Origin: Eledone cirrhosa | Taxonomy: Eukaryota | Length of the DNA stretch: 64,000 nt | Assembly (NCBI GenBank): GCA_964016885.1 | Contig: OZ024741.1 | Location: 323,206,001-323,270,000, forward strand | Reading direction: 5' to 3' | Shown here: piece by piece, positions 11,461-23,920 of the stretch | Numbering within the stretch: position 1 is the first letter of the stretch | Layout: each line of letters starts with the position of its first letter | Made by a program: the position numbers and the translations under genes | Notes under the pieces: generated by a model | The model's database searches: none | What the model was told of the DNA's origin: nothing | Seen by the model: only the letters and a program-made list of their open reading frames with translations

Positions 11461-11622
11461 TATGTTCTTTTACTATAAAAAATAATATAAATTAGGAAGG
11501 GCAAAGGTTGAAATATACCACATTTATAAGTGTAGCAAGAAAATTTCAACTACATTTAGTGTTCTAAATGATCTGGTACATAAAACAGTGGGACACTTGA
11601 GAATGTTTGTAGCAATAATACT

Positions 11623-11805
11623 AATAATTGTTTCTACTTTTGGCACAAGGCCAGCAATTATTCCAGTGTATTACTGGTACTTTATTTTATTGACCCCGTA
11701 AGGATGAAAGGCAAAGTTAACCTCGGCGGGATTTGAACTCAGTTCGTAAAGGGACGTAACTGTGCTGCAAAGCATGGCGTCCGACTCTCTACCGATACTG
11801 CCAAT
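11623..11805 (-). mobile_element. SINE family A (short variant), followed by two older partial copies at ~11815-11960 and ~12030-12150
   Basis: Reverse complement of the 44397 copy, with A box, B box and central domain. Confidence 0.88.
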
Positions 11806-12794
11806 CCAATGATAGTCACTTCTAATTTACACGCATGTCCAACAATGTTCAGGGAGGAGAGAGGCAATTGAATCAACCCCAGTACTTGACGGCTACTTTA
11901 TCAACCCCCAAAAGGATGAAAGGCAAATATGACCTTGGCCAGATATGAACTCAAAAGGTAACGTGACAAATCAAATACCATAAAGCACTTTGTTCAATGT
12001 TCTACTGATTCTGCTAATAATTCTTTCTAACACAGAGGGATGGGGAAAGTAGATTATATCGATCCCAGTACTTGATGAGTACTTTATTTCATCAACCCCA
12101 CAAGGATGAAAGGCAAAGTTGACTTCATGAAGATTTAAAATCAACGTAAAGAACCATATAAACGGTTTCTGACACAGGAACATGGACCCATATCAAGAAG
12201 GTGTACAGTTAACTGGACTGACCCCAGTTCTTGACAACTAAGCCCATGAAAGGCAATACTGCAGCATGGCTCCAGAGCATTGCGTGAAAATAGTAAAAAA
12301 AATAAAAGAAATATTATGCTCAAATACAAAGTACTTATTTTATGTTAGAAAAAAAACAGAAAAAAAAATACGATTTTGGCATGATTTCTACAACGGGAAA
12401 CCTTTCCTACCACCAACAACTTTACAGAGTCTGCTGGGTGCATTTCATTGTGACACCACCACTACCGCTTTACAAAGTGTACTGGGTTTTGTATTATATC
12501 TATGACATTAAACAGAAAACTGTATATATCACATCTCAGCTGACCTGAGAGAATCAGGTAAACACTCACACCAGATTATACAATGCATAACTAATTTCTT
12601 AATTTAAAATGCTTATTGTGTTCCATACTGTAATTAAAAGGTTGTGTATTTCTGCTATATAGTATACATAGATTAATTATTAAAAAGTAATGAGAAACAT
12701 CAATCTTTGTTGCAAAGATATTTGCTCAAGTTTACTTGCTGCTTCATATTTCATTTCATCTCAGTTATTTTCTGAATTGAACTAGGGAAACACA

Positions 12795-12950
12795 TCCATT
12801 CCAGATGTCTCGATTCACTATCACCATTCATATTCCATTCCAGATGTCTCAATCCATCATCACTGCATGTATTCCATTCCAGATGTCTCGATTTACCATC
12901 AGCGTTCGTATTCTATTCCAGATGTCTTGATTCACTATCGTCATTCATAT
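12795..12950. repeat. 39-bp minisatellite, 4 copies
   Basis: CCAGATGTCT recurs at 12801, 12840, 12879 and 12918. Confidence 0.9.
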
Positions 12951-13243
12951 TTGTGAAAGTCATCAATGAGTGTCTTTCTGAAACACGCCAGTGAAGTGGG
13001 TGGTTTGTCTCCTGTAGTTAATCTGACCCTATGTTGGCTGCTATTTGAGAGTATTTCACACAGTGACTTGCATACCATCATAAATTTCTATATAGGTGGT
13101 GTGGCTCTTACAAGTAATATTAAAAACTAACTATAACACATGGGAGTGCAATCAATCAAGCTGATTTTCAAGCCTGTATGTATGAGTGTCTATGTCTTAA
13201 AGCCATATAACAGGCCAGATTTAACCATTATTATAAAAAAAAC

Positions 13244-14870
13244 CATCATCATCATCGTTTTTACATCCGTATTTCCATGCTTGCATAGGTTGGACAGGTC
13301 CTTTTCAGCACAGCATCTCTCCACACATTGCAATCCTTTATCATCTCCACTGTGAGCTTCAACAATTTGAGATTAGCTCTCACCACCTCTGCCCAGGTCT
13401 TCCTCTACTGTGGCTTCCTTCTACTGGGATTTCTTGGCACTTCGCCCAGCAATCACCATCCATGCACATCACATGTCCATACAAATGTAGTGTTCTCTCT
13501 GGCACACTACTTCTGATTCCTCTTATACTCAGTTTTTCTCTTAGTTTATCCAAGCTGTCCTTATCTTACATTAATGTTGCACATCCATCAAAGCATGCTT
13601 GCTTCATTTCTCTCCAATCTGTGCATATCCTCTGCAGTCACTGCCAATGTTTCAGAGCCATGCAGCATAGCACTTCTCACACAGGTGACAGAGCCTGCCT
13701 TTCAATTGAAGGGAGAAACCTTTTGTCGTCAACCAAGTTAATAGTTCCCTAAACTTCTTCCATCCTACCTTTATTCTAGCTACTATATGCTCTTGGAGCA
13801 CTCTCCTCCACTGCTAATTAAACCACCTAGATAATAGAAGCTATCAACTATTCCTATGGATCCTTCCTGAAAGAGATTTTGTCGCTGCTACTATCAATTA
13901 ACCCTGAACATCTACAAACACAGTCTTCTCTTCCTGTTAATCTTACCTGTTATCCTACTACATCTTGTGTACATCATATAGAGTTTATACCTACTCCTTT
14001 TCTACATATTTAGCAGGGCCACTTCCCTGAAGGAATCAGGGCCCTATCGTTTTTTTCCTATTTACTTGCACTTTAGTTTTGGTTAAGTTTACTCTCAGCT
14101 CTTTCGATTCCTAAGTCACAACTTAAACTCTAGTTCTTCTATGGTTTGAGCTATGAGAACCAGATCATTAACACACATATACAGAAGTTCTCATGGACAA
14201 CCAGTCTTAAACTCCTCTGTTGGCCTGGAGAGCTATGATAAATAGAAATGGCCAAGGACTGAGCTCTGAACTCCTACCTGTACCTTAAATTCCTCACTAA
14301 ACTCATTTCCTACCCTCACTTTACTTACAGCACCTCTGTAAATGGCTTGCATTGCTCTCACAAGCCACTCTTCTACTTCTATTTTCCTTAGGGATGACCA
14401 GATGACAGATCGAGGTACTATCTTTAAAGGCCTTTTCTAGATCAACAAAAGCTCAAAGTAACATCTTGTTCTTAGCCAGAAACTTCTCTTGTAGTTGTCT
14501 CACCAGGAAGAGGGTATCTATAGTAATCCCGATGCTTTTATCATCTCAGCAGCTATCCCTGACTGTCCTGCTGCTTTACCGTTCTTCATCTCTGACTATA
14601 TAACTATCGATTTCGATAGCTGGTCCCTCTGTTGGGTTGGTAGTGAGTAGTCTCTTATCCTCCCATTCATTAGCTTCGCATAGTAACATTTCCAGGCCTC
14701 TTTCTTTTGAGTATCAGTGATGCTTAGTGCACGGGAGTAATATCAAAGACACTTTTCCCCCAACAACACTGCCTTGTAATGTGGAAAACCTCATATCTCT
14801 GATATTCACGTCGCAAGACATTGACAAACCTTCTTTCAGCCTCTTTCCAAGCTATGTATACTTGTCATAT
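13244..14870 (-). mobile_element. Degenerate RTE-clade LINE (RT region to 3' tail)
   Basis: (CAT)n tail at ~13244-13256 and segments homologous to the 6526-7400 copy (GCATGCTTGCTTCATTTCTCTC, CCTCCACTGCTAATT). Upstream remnants resemble RT motifs (F.DLEKAF..VPRSVIWSSLRK, GCP.ELL); many stops and frameshifts. Confidence 0.8.
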
Positions 14871-15287
14871 AATCTGACCGTATTATTCTTCCTCAAGAGT
14901 TATTTCCAGGTCTTTGATAATTTAGGACATACTAGCCACTTTTTTGTTTTATTTTAGCTGATATTTTTTTTTTAAACTCCAAGACATTTGAGATTTTCAA
15001 CAATTTTCAGCTGCTTTCCAATTTCTGCATACATATAAAGCATGTGTTTTGGAACTCTATTGGTTCAACAAAACAGCCAGCACATGCAAACAGCAGAACA
15101 TTCCAGACATGTATACCCTTAATATAATTCAAATCAAATCAGTGTAATGCAATGTAAAAGTCATGATTTTTTTAATTACAGGTACAATTTATCTGATGTG
15201 CTTCCATACAGTTTCTGCCTACCCAATTTCACTCTTTGGCATGAGTTTCGGGATGAAACTACAGAAAAGACACTTGTATAATATGCC

Positions 15288-15590
15288 TTCTTCTTCGCCC
15301 ACTTATTCCTGGGAGTGTAGTGGGGGAGGTCCCTTCCAGTAGGTTCTGTCAAAAGCAACTGACTCCAATTGATCTGGCTGGATCCCCACACGAGTCCAGT
15401 CGAACTCATGGGCGTTATGCAACTATCATGCTCGGAGTCTACCCCTGGATCTCCTGTTCATTGATTTTCCCATAAAATCTCTCCACCAATTCTTTCACAT
15501 TCTAATCACATGTCCGTAGTATCGGAGCTGTGATCTCTTATTTCAGAGAAGTAGCAGCTCTACCTGAAGCGACTCACTCTATTGTGAAAC
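15288..15590 (-). mobile_element. Probable 3' end of another non-LTR element with a (GAA)n tail, nested in an old SINE
   Basis: GC-richer segment with a LRYYGHVIRM-like reading on the minus strand, ending GGGCGAAGAAGAA; SINE-like sequence on both sides. Confidence 0.45.
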
Positions 15591-15936
15591 ATTACTCCAA
15601 AGACACTTAGAAGGAACACTTGCCATGCAGTGGAAAAGAACTTAGGACCTCGTGATTGTGAAGTGAACCTAACCAATCAGCCATGCCATCATCATTTAAT
15701 ATCCATTCTTCCATGCTGACAAAGGTTCGACAGCTTGTCAGATCAAGTTAGTACTTAATCAGAGTCAATGATTTCTTCAGACAAGCCAGGAACCCACATC
15801 TTGCTTACATATATTCAAGCACTTTACATGTACTGGATGCATTTTTTCATAGCACAAGCATTAGGATGGTTGTCATGACACAACTGAAGAATCCTGCAAA
15901 CGAAAATATGCTTATGTAGAAAAAGATTTTACCTAC

Positions 15937-16059
15937 CTCATGTTCTACCATTCGTTTGTTTGCAAGATCAGCCTTGTTCCCTGCTAAAGCTATAACAATA
16001 TTTGGACTGGCCTGTCGCTGCAATTCCTTTACCCAAGATTTAGCTCGACTAAAAGTATC
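15937..16059 (-). CDS. Rab5: Rab5 coding exon 3 (123 nt): [41 protein letters not shown]
   Basis: Translated by hand (too short for the ORF track). Acceptor TGTCCTCAG, G4 motif NKAD, QASPN motif, donor GAG|GTAGGT; phase 0/0. Confidence 0.96.
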
Positions 16060-16615
16060 CTGAGGACAAAAGCAGAAATTAATATATATTTCACAGCAGA
16101 AATCCTAACACTATTGAGAGTAACATACACAGAATTACACACACGTTGATAGTTATAAAAAGACAGGTTGGTCACAGATGGAATCTCTTTACTTATAGGC
16201 CAGTTTCAATAGGGTTGACATCAAGCTAAACAACTTTAGGTTCCATCCCATTACAATGCACCTTTTTGTTTTTTAGTGGTAGATAATCTGTGACCACCAC
16301 CTGGACCTTTAATAGAGTCCATTCTGTTACAAGCATTCTGTTGTTGAGATCTCTAGTCTAAGGATAAATTTTTCTCACTAAGTACAGGAGAGCTGAAAAG
16401 TGTCATGGACACTACCATTTCTATTCTAACTATGTCCATTAAAGTTTCATTTAGATAAAGATGGAATCAACATAACTTGATGGGGAAACCTTTAGTTGTT
16501 GCCTCATACAGCCTCTTACGGAGGTCAACACACAGCTAACTGGATTCCTGAAATGACGAGTAGCTGTTTTTCATGATGCAACTGTCTCTACAAAACCAAG
16601 AAATGCTGGGATTAC

Positions 16616-16827
16616 TTAACCTATTAGCATTTAAACTGGTCATATCCAGCCAGAATTCTGTCACCTCTTTCTGTTCAAACCAGCCACTCATACTGGCATT
16701 AAGGTATTGTTCTCAAAATAAATACTATCAAAATCTCAGATCCAATATTATGTGAGATAATTATGTAAAGCCTTTACCTTGAAAATATAATAGTAAATAT
16801 AGAGTAAAGTAAATGCTAGAGGGTTAA
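16616..16827. mobile_element. TTAA-flanked piggyBac-like MITE, family P1
   Basis: TTAA|CCTATTAGCATTTA...TAAATGCTAGAGGG|TTAA; homologous copies at 21797-22024, 30855-31048 and 32205-32420. Confidence 0.8.
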
Positions 16828-18374
16828 GGGTGCTTTAATCCCTTTGTTACTATATTTCTTATGAAAGATACGGCCTATTATTTTCAACTAATTTTGACAA
16901 TAATTAAAAATTTTAAAGGATTTAGAAATACAACTTTCATGTTCAAGCCAGTATTTGAAATACAACTTAAAATTTTCTTACACAAAATTATTGATTCCCT
17001 ATTGATTCCAACCTGCCCAAAACTGGTTCTAGTTCTATGAAATGAAACAGCCCATTATAAAGGGCTCCTATTAAAATTAAAATCTTCCAGCATAATGAGA
17101 TATCATCATCATCAAGAACCTATTGTTACAAATACTATCTTAATTTAAAAAATTAGTAATTTTAGTAAATCTCTCCAAATACAGTATATTTCCTTACAAA
17201 TACAGTAATGAAATGTTAATTTTAAATATGAATGCTTTAAAACAAACAGCTTCGTAACATAGAACCAGAGGTGGTTTGGTATCAGGCCAGAAGTGGTTGC
17301 AGATGGTTTGGTATCAGAAGAATGAACCCTTTCATTGCCATATTTCTAATGAAATACACTTATGTTTTTAATTCATTTTGTAAATAATCAATAATTTGAA
17401 AGTATTTATCGAAATAACAAAAACCCCAACTGACATTTAGTAGATAGCTTAACAAAGATATTCTTCCATAATGTTATTTTTTATTTAAATATGAATACTT
17501 TAAAACAAATAGTCTGTCATCACAGCAATGGAACAATTTGGGCAGTTGGTATGAAAAGAGTCAAAGCAATGAAGGTGTTCCAAAAGCAGTACTGAATTTA
17601 TTACTAACCCATTATTATTTCCTGAGTTATTCTATCTTCAGCAATGTTGCATAATCTGCACTATTTTGGAATGTGAGGACATCATAAGTAAAGTTTGGAA
17701 CAAAGTTATCAATGAACCAAGAAAGGTTTTAAATTACTGTTCTTTTTTAGTATGGATACAGTAAAACATTTTTCAGGTATTGGTTAACAAGGAAAAAAGA
17801 TAAAGGGCAAAATGCTATGTTGGTAGAGGCTCATCTAGTCTGCTTCTGGTTCTATGATAGAAATCTGTTTATTTTAAAAATCTCCTATCACAATTTTATG
17901 TAAAAATGTTGAATTTATACTCCAAACAACAGATTAATAATGAGAAAGTTATATTTCTAAATTCCTCCAATTTCTTAATAATTTTCAAATATATTTGAAA
18001 ATTATAGGCAGTGTCATTCATTAGAAATATGGTGAGGAAGGACGTTAAATACATCAACTGGAGAATGAAGGATATGAGCCGAGTTGTAGAGTGAATTATT
18101 TTATACAACTAACTCATTATGGCTATATTCATTATCTACTATTTACTACTAACGAGCATTTATTATGATTCTGTAAAATTGCCAATTATTAATACTATAT
18201 GCACTAGGCTTCAGAAAGTACACATATCTTTATCAGTTTAGATCTTTAAGTTACGATAATGGACTGCCTTTAGTTTTGGAGCTGATTGTTTCAGTTGTTT
18301 GATCAACAGAGCAATTTGCTTGTGAAACTAATATGCAAGTGGCTGAGCATTTCATAAACACATGTACTATTTCA

Positions 18375-18625
18375 ACAGGATTGACCAGTGCAGAGTTGGA
18401 CTATACAAGAGGGTTGGGCAGAGCCACAACAGTAGGTCTGGGCAAAACCACACAAAAGAGCTAGCCTGGGTACACACACACAGGACTGACCAGAGGCACA
18501 ACAATGCTCACCATGGCTAAACCACAATAGGGTTAACCAGGGTTACACTACAAGGCTGACAAGAGCTACACAACAGGAGGGCTGACAAGAGTAACACAAT
18601 AGAACTGACTAGTGCTACACAACAA
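18375..18625. repeat. Degenerate ~25-28-bp tandem repeat (ACAACAGGACTGACCAGAGCTAC-like)
   Basis: About nine diverged units beginning ~80 bp into the intron after the exon 2 donor. Confidence 0.65.
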
Positions 18626-18704
18626 CCACTATTCCCCACCACAACCAAAGCACCAAAGTGTTTCAGAAAGCCATTGACAAGAAAGAGGAAAACAAAATGT
18701 TTAC

Positions 18705-18856
18705 CTGATTTGTTATATCGTATACCACAATTGCAGCTTGAGCTCCTCTGTAATACATTGGAGCAAGACTGTGATATCGTTCCTGGCCAGCTGTGTCCCA
18801 GATTTCAAACTTTACTGTAGTATCATCAAGACAAACTGTCTGAGTCAAGAAGGCAG
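18705..18856 (-). CDS. Rab5: Rab5 coding exon 2 (152 nt): (A)[50 protein letters not shown]
   Basis: Acceptor TTTCCAG, G3 motif WDTAGQE, the Rab5 signature [16 protein letters not shown], and donor CAG|GTAAAC. Phase matches exon 1. Confidence 0.97.
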
Positions 18857-20384
18857 CTGGAAAGAAATGGAACAAACAATAAAAATTGTATTAAAGAAAT
18901 CATAAACAATTCCTGTATAATAAAGTGAAGACACAGCAAAAATGAATCAAGCATGCTACAATGGTTGTATAATGTTAGTGTGCATGAAAGACAAAGTACA
19001 GATTATATATGTGTATGTGTGTGTGTGCACGTATGTGGTGTCATAAATTGGTGCAAGCATGGCTGTGTGGTTAAGAAGTTCATTTCCATGAGCACATGGT
19101 TTCAGGTTCACTCCCACTGCATGAGGAATTGGATGCTGTGTGTAGGAGAGAATATTTTGTTGGTATGGGCAGGTTACGTGTATGGATGATGATCACCATG
19201 ATCAGGTGAAGAAATGCCAAGCAATCAGAGTGGAAGGTAGTTACAAAAGAAGACCTGAACTGAAATGATGTGAACTTCCTTAAATCGCTGAACCTCCCAG
19301 AGGAGAGGAAAAAAAGAATGCAAAAAGGGGAAATTGTGCTGGAGAAGATCTCAATGTCAGGCAAACATGGAAAAACAGACATAAAATAGTAATGATAATG
19401 ATGAATGAAGTAGCTTTAACCATTTTGGAGCTATATATATATATATATATTTTTTAAATCTTTATTTTAGCTTATTGTAGAGTATGAAATGTCAAGTATA
19501 TTTTTTCCATTTATCCCTCTTCAATGTGATTGCATAGAGTTCTGCCCCTGATTGATATAGAGACCATTTGGGGTCCTGGTCTGCCGATCTACTATTGGAG
19601 CATTCTTGTTTTCTATTTCCAGGTGTCATACCCTCCTGACAGATTTTAGAAAGGTCACAAGTTGAACATTTGATGTACCCAAACAGTTTGGGAGAGTTTT
19701 TTATTTTATTTTATTAAAAATTAGTTGTTTTATTTCTCATAGATTTACTATATTAACTTTGGTTTCAATTACTGTAAAAGCACCTGTATGAGTTACTTGT
19801 TCCCAGAAAAATATGAAACCTATCATATGACTTATCTACTGGACCTACCAAAGCACACTTCAAAATATGTGATACATTGTAAATGCTATATGTAAAACTG
19901 AAGTGTGGTGTACCTGAATATATAGCATAAAAATTTTTTTTTAAAATCATATCAAGGTGATGCAAAGAACATAAGTAACGGCCAGTGTTTCACTAATGAA
20001 ATATCATCAACTCATGCAAGCATGGAGAAACAGAGATAAAAAAAATATAGAGGAGGATGATTCATGTAATTATGACTTCTCAGTAACTGAATTGAAACTA
20101 ATACTAAATAGAGGGAACATCTTTAGTCGCATTTGCATGGGAAACCTCCCTTATGTTGTTGCCACAATAAAATGCATTAATGTACTCAGGGGAAAGGTTG
20201 GCAATAAGACGCCATCCAGTCAGAGAAATCATGCCAAAAGAGGAGTGTATGAACAAGATGTGCTGCTCTGACCCATCTTAGAGGGCAACAACTCCAAATA
20301 AGAACTGACCCAGGCAATAATAGCCATTCAACCAATGCTAGCATAGAAAGTGGGCATGAAATGATACTGGTGATGATGATATGA

Positions 20385-20732
20385 ATAGAGCCTATACAGC
20401 TGGATATATAATGTTAGAATGCATAAACAATAAAGCAGATGAACTGAAAGCAAAACTGGGTATAAGAGGAATCATGTGGTGTACAAGAGAAAATATTGCA
20501 TTGGTATGAACATGGATGATGATTGATGGGTGAAGAAATGGCAGGAGTTTACAGTAGAAGGAAGCTGTGGAACAGGCAAACCAAGAAAGACTTGGACAGA
20601 GGTGGTGAAAGCTGATCAATAAACTGAACCTCACAAAGGAGATGACAGAAGAAATAAATTGGGGGATGCTGTACTAAAGAAGACATATAACTCATGTAAA
20701 GATGGAAAATCAGACATAAGAACTAATGATGT
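20385..20732 (+). mobile_element. Degenerate RTE 3' end
   Basis: Homologous to 26300-26596. Similar remnants at 19150-19405, 35960-36520, 45380-45690 (-), 51910-52090 and 57300-57640 (-). Confidence 0.7.
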
Positions 20733-21796
20733 TATACACACAAACACGTATGTTGGACCACCGTCGGTTCTGACAAGTGTTCCAGTTGTTTAAACAGTGA
20801 AACAGTTCATGAAACTAATACACACGTGGTTGAGCATTCCACAGAGGTGTACCTTTAATGCAATTCTCAGGGAGATTTATCATGACAGCGTGTGACAAAG
20901 CTGACCCTTTGAAACACAGGTACTACACTTTTTTTTTTCTGAGTGAACAGGAGCAACATGAAATAAAGTGACTTGCTGAATAACTCAACACACCGCTTAG
21001 TCTGGGAATCAAACTTATTACTTTATGACTGAGCCCACACCTTAACCTCTAAGCTATATGCCATACATACATATAATTAATATTAGATAGCAGCAAAAAA
21101 ACAAGAGTTACTGTGTGTGTGATTTGTATTTACCACTCACTGATCAAGGATCAGTCCACCTTGTGATCCCAGTAAACAGGATGAAAGAGTCATTGGCCCA
21201 GAGGATGGTGAAGGAGACGTGCTGGAACAGCCACTCCACCTGCCCCAATAGCTGTAAGTAGGGATGTGGTACCGGGGCAAAGAAGACCAGAAATCTCCAA
21301 TGCCACAGGCACGACCACAGACCTATCAGAGAGCAGTCAATACTTTGACAGTTTTCCCTCTTCATTCTGTCAAATAGAGAAGCCTGGGCTGGTAGCCGAA
21401 CACATAAGGTTGCTGCTGAAGACGGTGTCACAACATGTGGCATTCTAGATGAGATGCCTACCCCCCCCCCCCCCCCCCCCCCCACACACACACGTACATA
21501 CACATGCACAAACATATATACACACATATACATTTCCCTGTATATCAACACAGCATAGAAACTAAAACATTTTGTGTACGAGGTGATGTATGTAGAGAAC
21601 TTAGGATATATCCTCATGGTCTATTCAACAGCAATGGATTCCACCAGAAAAAAAGATTTCATTTTAGCCCCTAAAAACTAATATCCAAATTGTAACAAAG
21701 AAATATCTACGAAAAATCAACTGATTTTTCATCAGCCTAGCTAAAGTAGAAGGTTATTTATGCTAAACAGCAGTTTCATCTCCAATATATGACCTC

Positions 21797-22024
21797 TTAA
21801 CCCTTTATCATTCAAATCTGCTATATCTGGTCAGAATTATCTCACCTCTTTCAGTTCAAACCAGCCAAAACTGGCCACTCATATTGATGTTAAGGTATTG
21901 TTCTCAAAATAAATAATATCAAAATCTCATAGATTTGATATTATGTAAGATATTATCTGAGATAAAGCCTTTACCGTGAAAATACGATAGTAAATATAGA
22001 GTAATGTAAATGCTAAAAGGTTAA
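21797..22024. mobile_element. piggyBac-like MITE, family P1
   Basis: TTAA|CCCTTTATCATTCA...TAAATGCTAAAAGG|TTAA. Confidence 0.8.
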
Positions 22025-22579
22025 AGTGTATAAATTATTTTTCCTTATTTTTATTTTCATATTTCTAATCAAAGACACTACCTATAATTTTCAAATCATC
22101 TTTAAAATAACCAAACTTTTGGAGAGAGTTAGTGATACAACTAACCTCCTCATTATTAAGCTGGTATTTAAAGACTTTAAAAAAGTAGTATATTGAAGAA
22201 ACATGACTGGTTTGAGGCAGGTTGCTATCAAAATGTTTCATAGCTTTTCTCCAGTCACGGGGAAAAATATGAATCATTTAAGGCAGTACTTTTAAAACAA
22301 ATGTGTGTATATGTATGAGTGGGGTAGTGGGAGGGTCTGTGTACTTGTGAGTGGGGTAGTGGGAGGGTCTGTGTACTTGTGAGTGGGAAAGTGTGCGTGC
22401 GTAAGTAGGAGTGTGTGTGTGTGTGTTTGTGTGAAAGTATGCGAATCTTCATTTATGCAAGTGCATAAATGTGCAAGCAAGCAGGAATATGATTGAACAA
22501 GTGTGCAAAAAATGCACTTGAGCAACGAACGCATGCAATTAAATAAGTGCATGTGTGCAAACAAGTGCACATATGCCAT

Positions 22580-22836
22580 CCCTAATCCTTTTAATACTAA
22601 ACTGCCTGGAACTTCCTGGTTCTATGATATCGAGCTGTTTATTTTAAAATGTTTATATTTAACTAAAAACCTTCCATCATAATTTTACGAAAGAACCTTT
22701 GTAATGTGCCAGACAGCTTAATAATGAAAAAGCCAGTTGTATTACTAAATTCCTCCAAATTCTAGATTATTTTCAAAATTATATGAATATCATAGGCAGT
22801 ATTTTTCATTAGAAACATGGTAAATGAAAGAGTTAA
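22580..22836. mobile_element. TTAA-type MITE, family P2
   Basis: Shared body GGTTCTATGATACAAAAC...TTTATCTAAAAACC...AAATTCCTCCAAATT. Other copies near 16836-17560, 17840-18050, 37680-37930, 38330-38620, 48225-48470, 48940-49160, 55170-55390, 55653-55975, 58278-58490 and 61123-61575; ends resemble TTAACCCTTT...AAAGGGTTAA. Confidence 0.65.
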
Positions 22837-23379
22837 GACATCCAAGAAACCTCATGAGAAGGTCACTGAGCTACAACACTGATCACCACAACCAATGAGA
22901 GGGTCACCCTGCTACAACACTACCACTACCAGTGAAATGGTTTCTCAGCTACAACACTATCCACCATCACTGCTATCAGACAGTGAAGTAGGGCAACAGT
23001 CCACTATCACTGTGATGGTCACCCAGCTACAACACTGACCATCGCCATCACACCATACCAACAACACCACCTCCACTACTCAACAACAATGAAAGCAGAT
23101 TACTTAAAAAGCCTTAACAATGGACATTGTGGTTATGGAAGCCACATGCTAGAATCCCCACCATCTTCATTATCATTAACTCCGGTGTCACCACCACTAT
23201 CACAACCCCACCACACTATCACAATCACCAGCATCAGCAGTGCAGGGGTTATTAAGACTGTTCATTACTGGTTGATACCAATACTTGTCTTCTTGACAAA
23301 GCAACAGAGGTTTGATGATTTAATACCGTGAAGGTGTTAGAGGTGGTGGCATTGTTAGGACATCTGTCTGTGCTAAGGT

Positions 23380-23920
23380 AGCAGTGGTGGTGGTGGTCTG
23401 TCTATGATAAGGTAGTAGTGATGATGGTGGTGTATCTGTGGTAAGGTAGTAGTGGTGGTCGTGGTATGTGTGTGGGATAATGTAGCAATTGTGGTGTGTG
23501 TGGTAAGGTACTGGTGGTGGTGGTCTGAGTGTGGTAAGGTACTGGTGGTGGTGGTCTGAGTGTGGTAAGGTACTGGTGGTGGTGGTCTGAGTGTGGTAAG
23601 GTAACAGTGGTGGTGGTAGTGGTCTAACTATGGTAAGGTACTGGTGGTGGTGGTTTGAGTGTGGTAAGGTACTGGTGGTGGTGGTTTGAGTGTGGTAAGG
23701 TACTGGTGGTGGTGGTCTAAGTGTGGTAAGGTACTGGTGGTGGTTTAACTATGGTAAGGTGGTGGTGGTCTGAGTGTGGTAAGGTACTGGCAGTGGTGGT
23801 CTGAGTATGGAAAGGTAACAGTGGTGATGGTAGTGGTCTGACTATGGTAAGGTAGTGGTGGTCTGACTGTGGTAAGATAATGGTAGTGGTCTGACTGTGT
23901 TAAGGTAGCAGTGGTGGTGT
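23380..23920. repeat. 31-bp G/T-rich minisatellite (GTGTGGTAAGGTACTGGTGGTGGTGGTCTGA)
   Basis: CTGAG at 23525 and 23556 gives the period; units are homogeneous in the centre and decay at the edges. Confidence 0.92.

Noticed and set aside
12795-12950. CRISPR-like repeat/spacer pattern (also 23380-23920 and 29625-29780)
   Set aside because: The spacers are homologous to one another, the context is a eukaryotic intron, and there are no cas genes.
21144-21617. 157-aa minus-strand ORF and GC-richer segment
   Set aside because: It crosses a poly-G run and a microsatellite and shows no recognisable domain.
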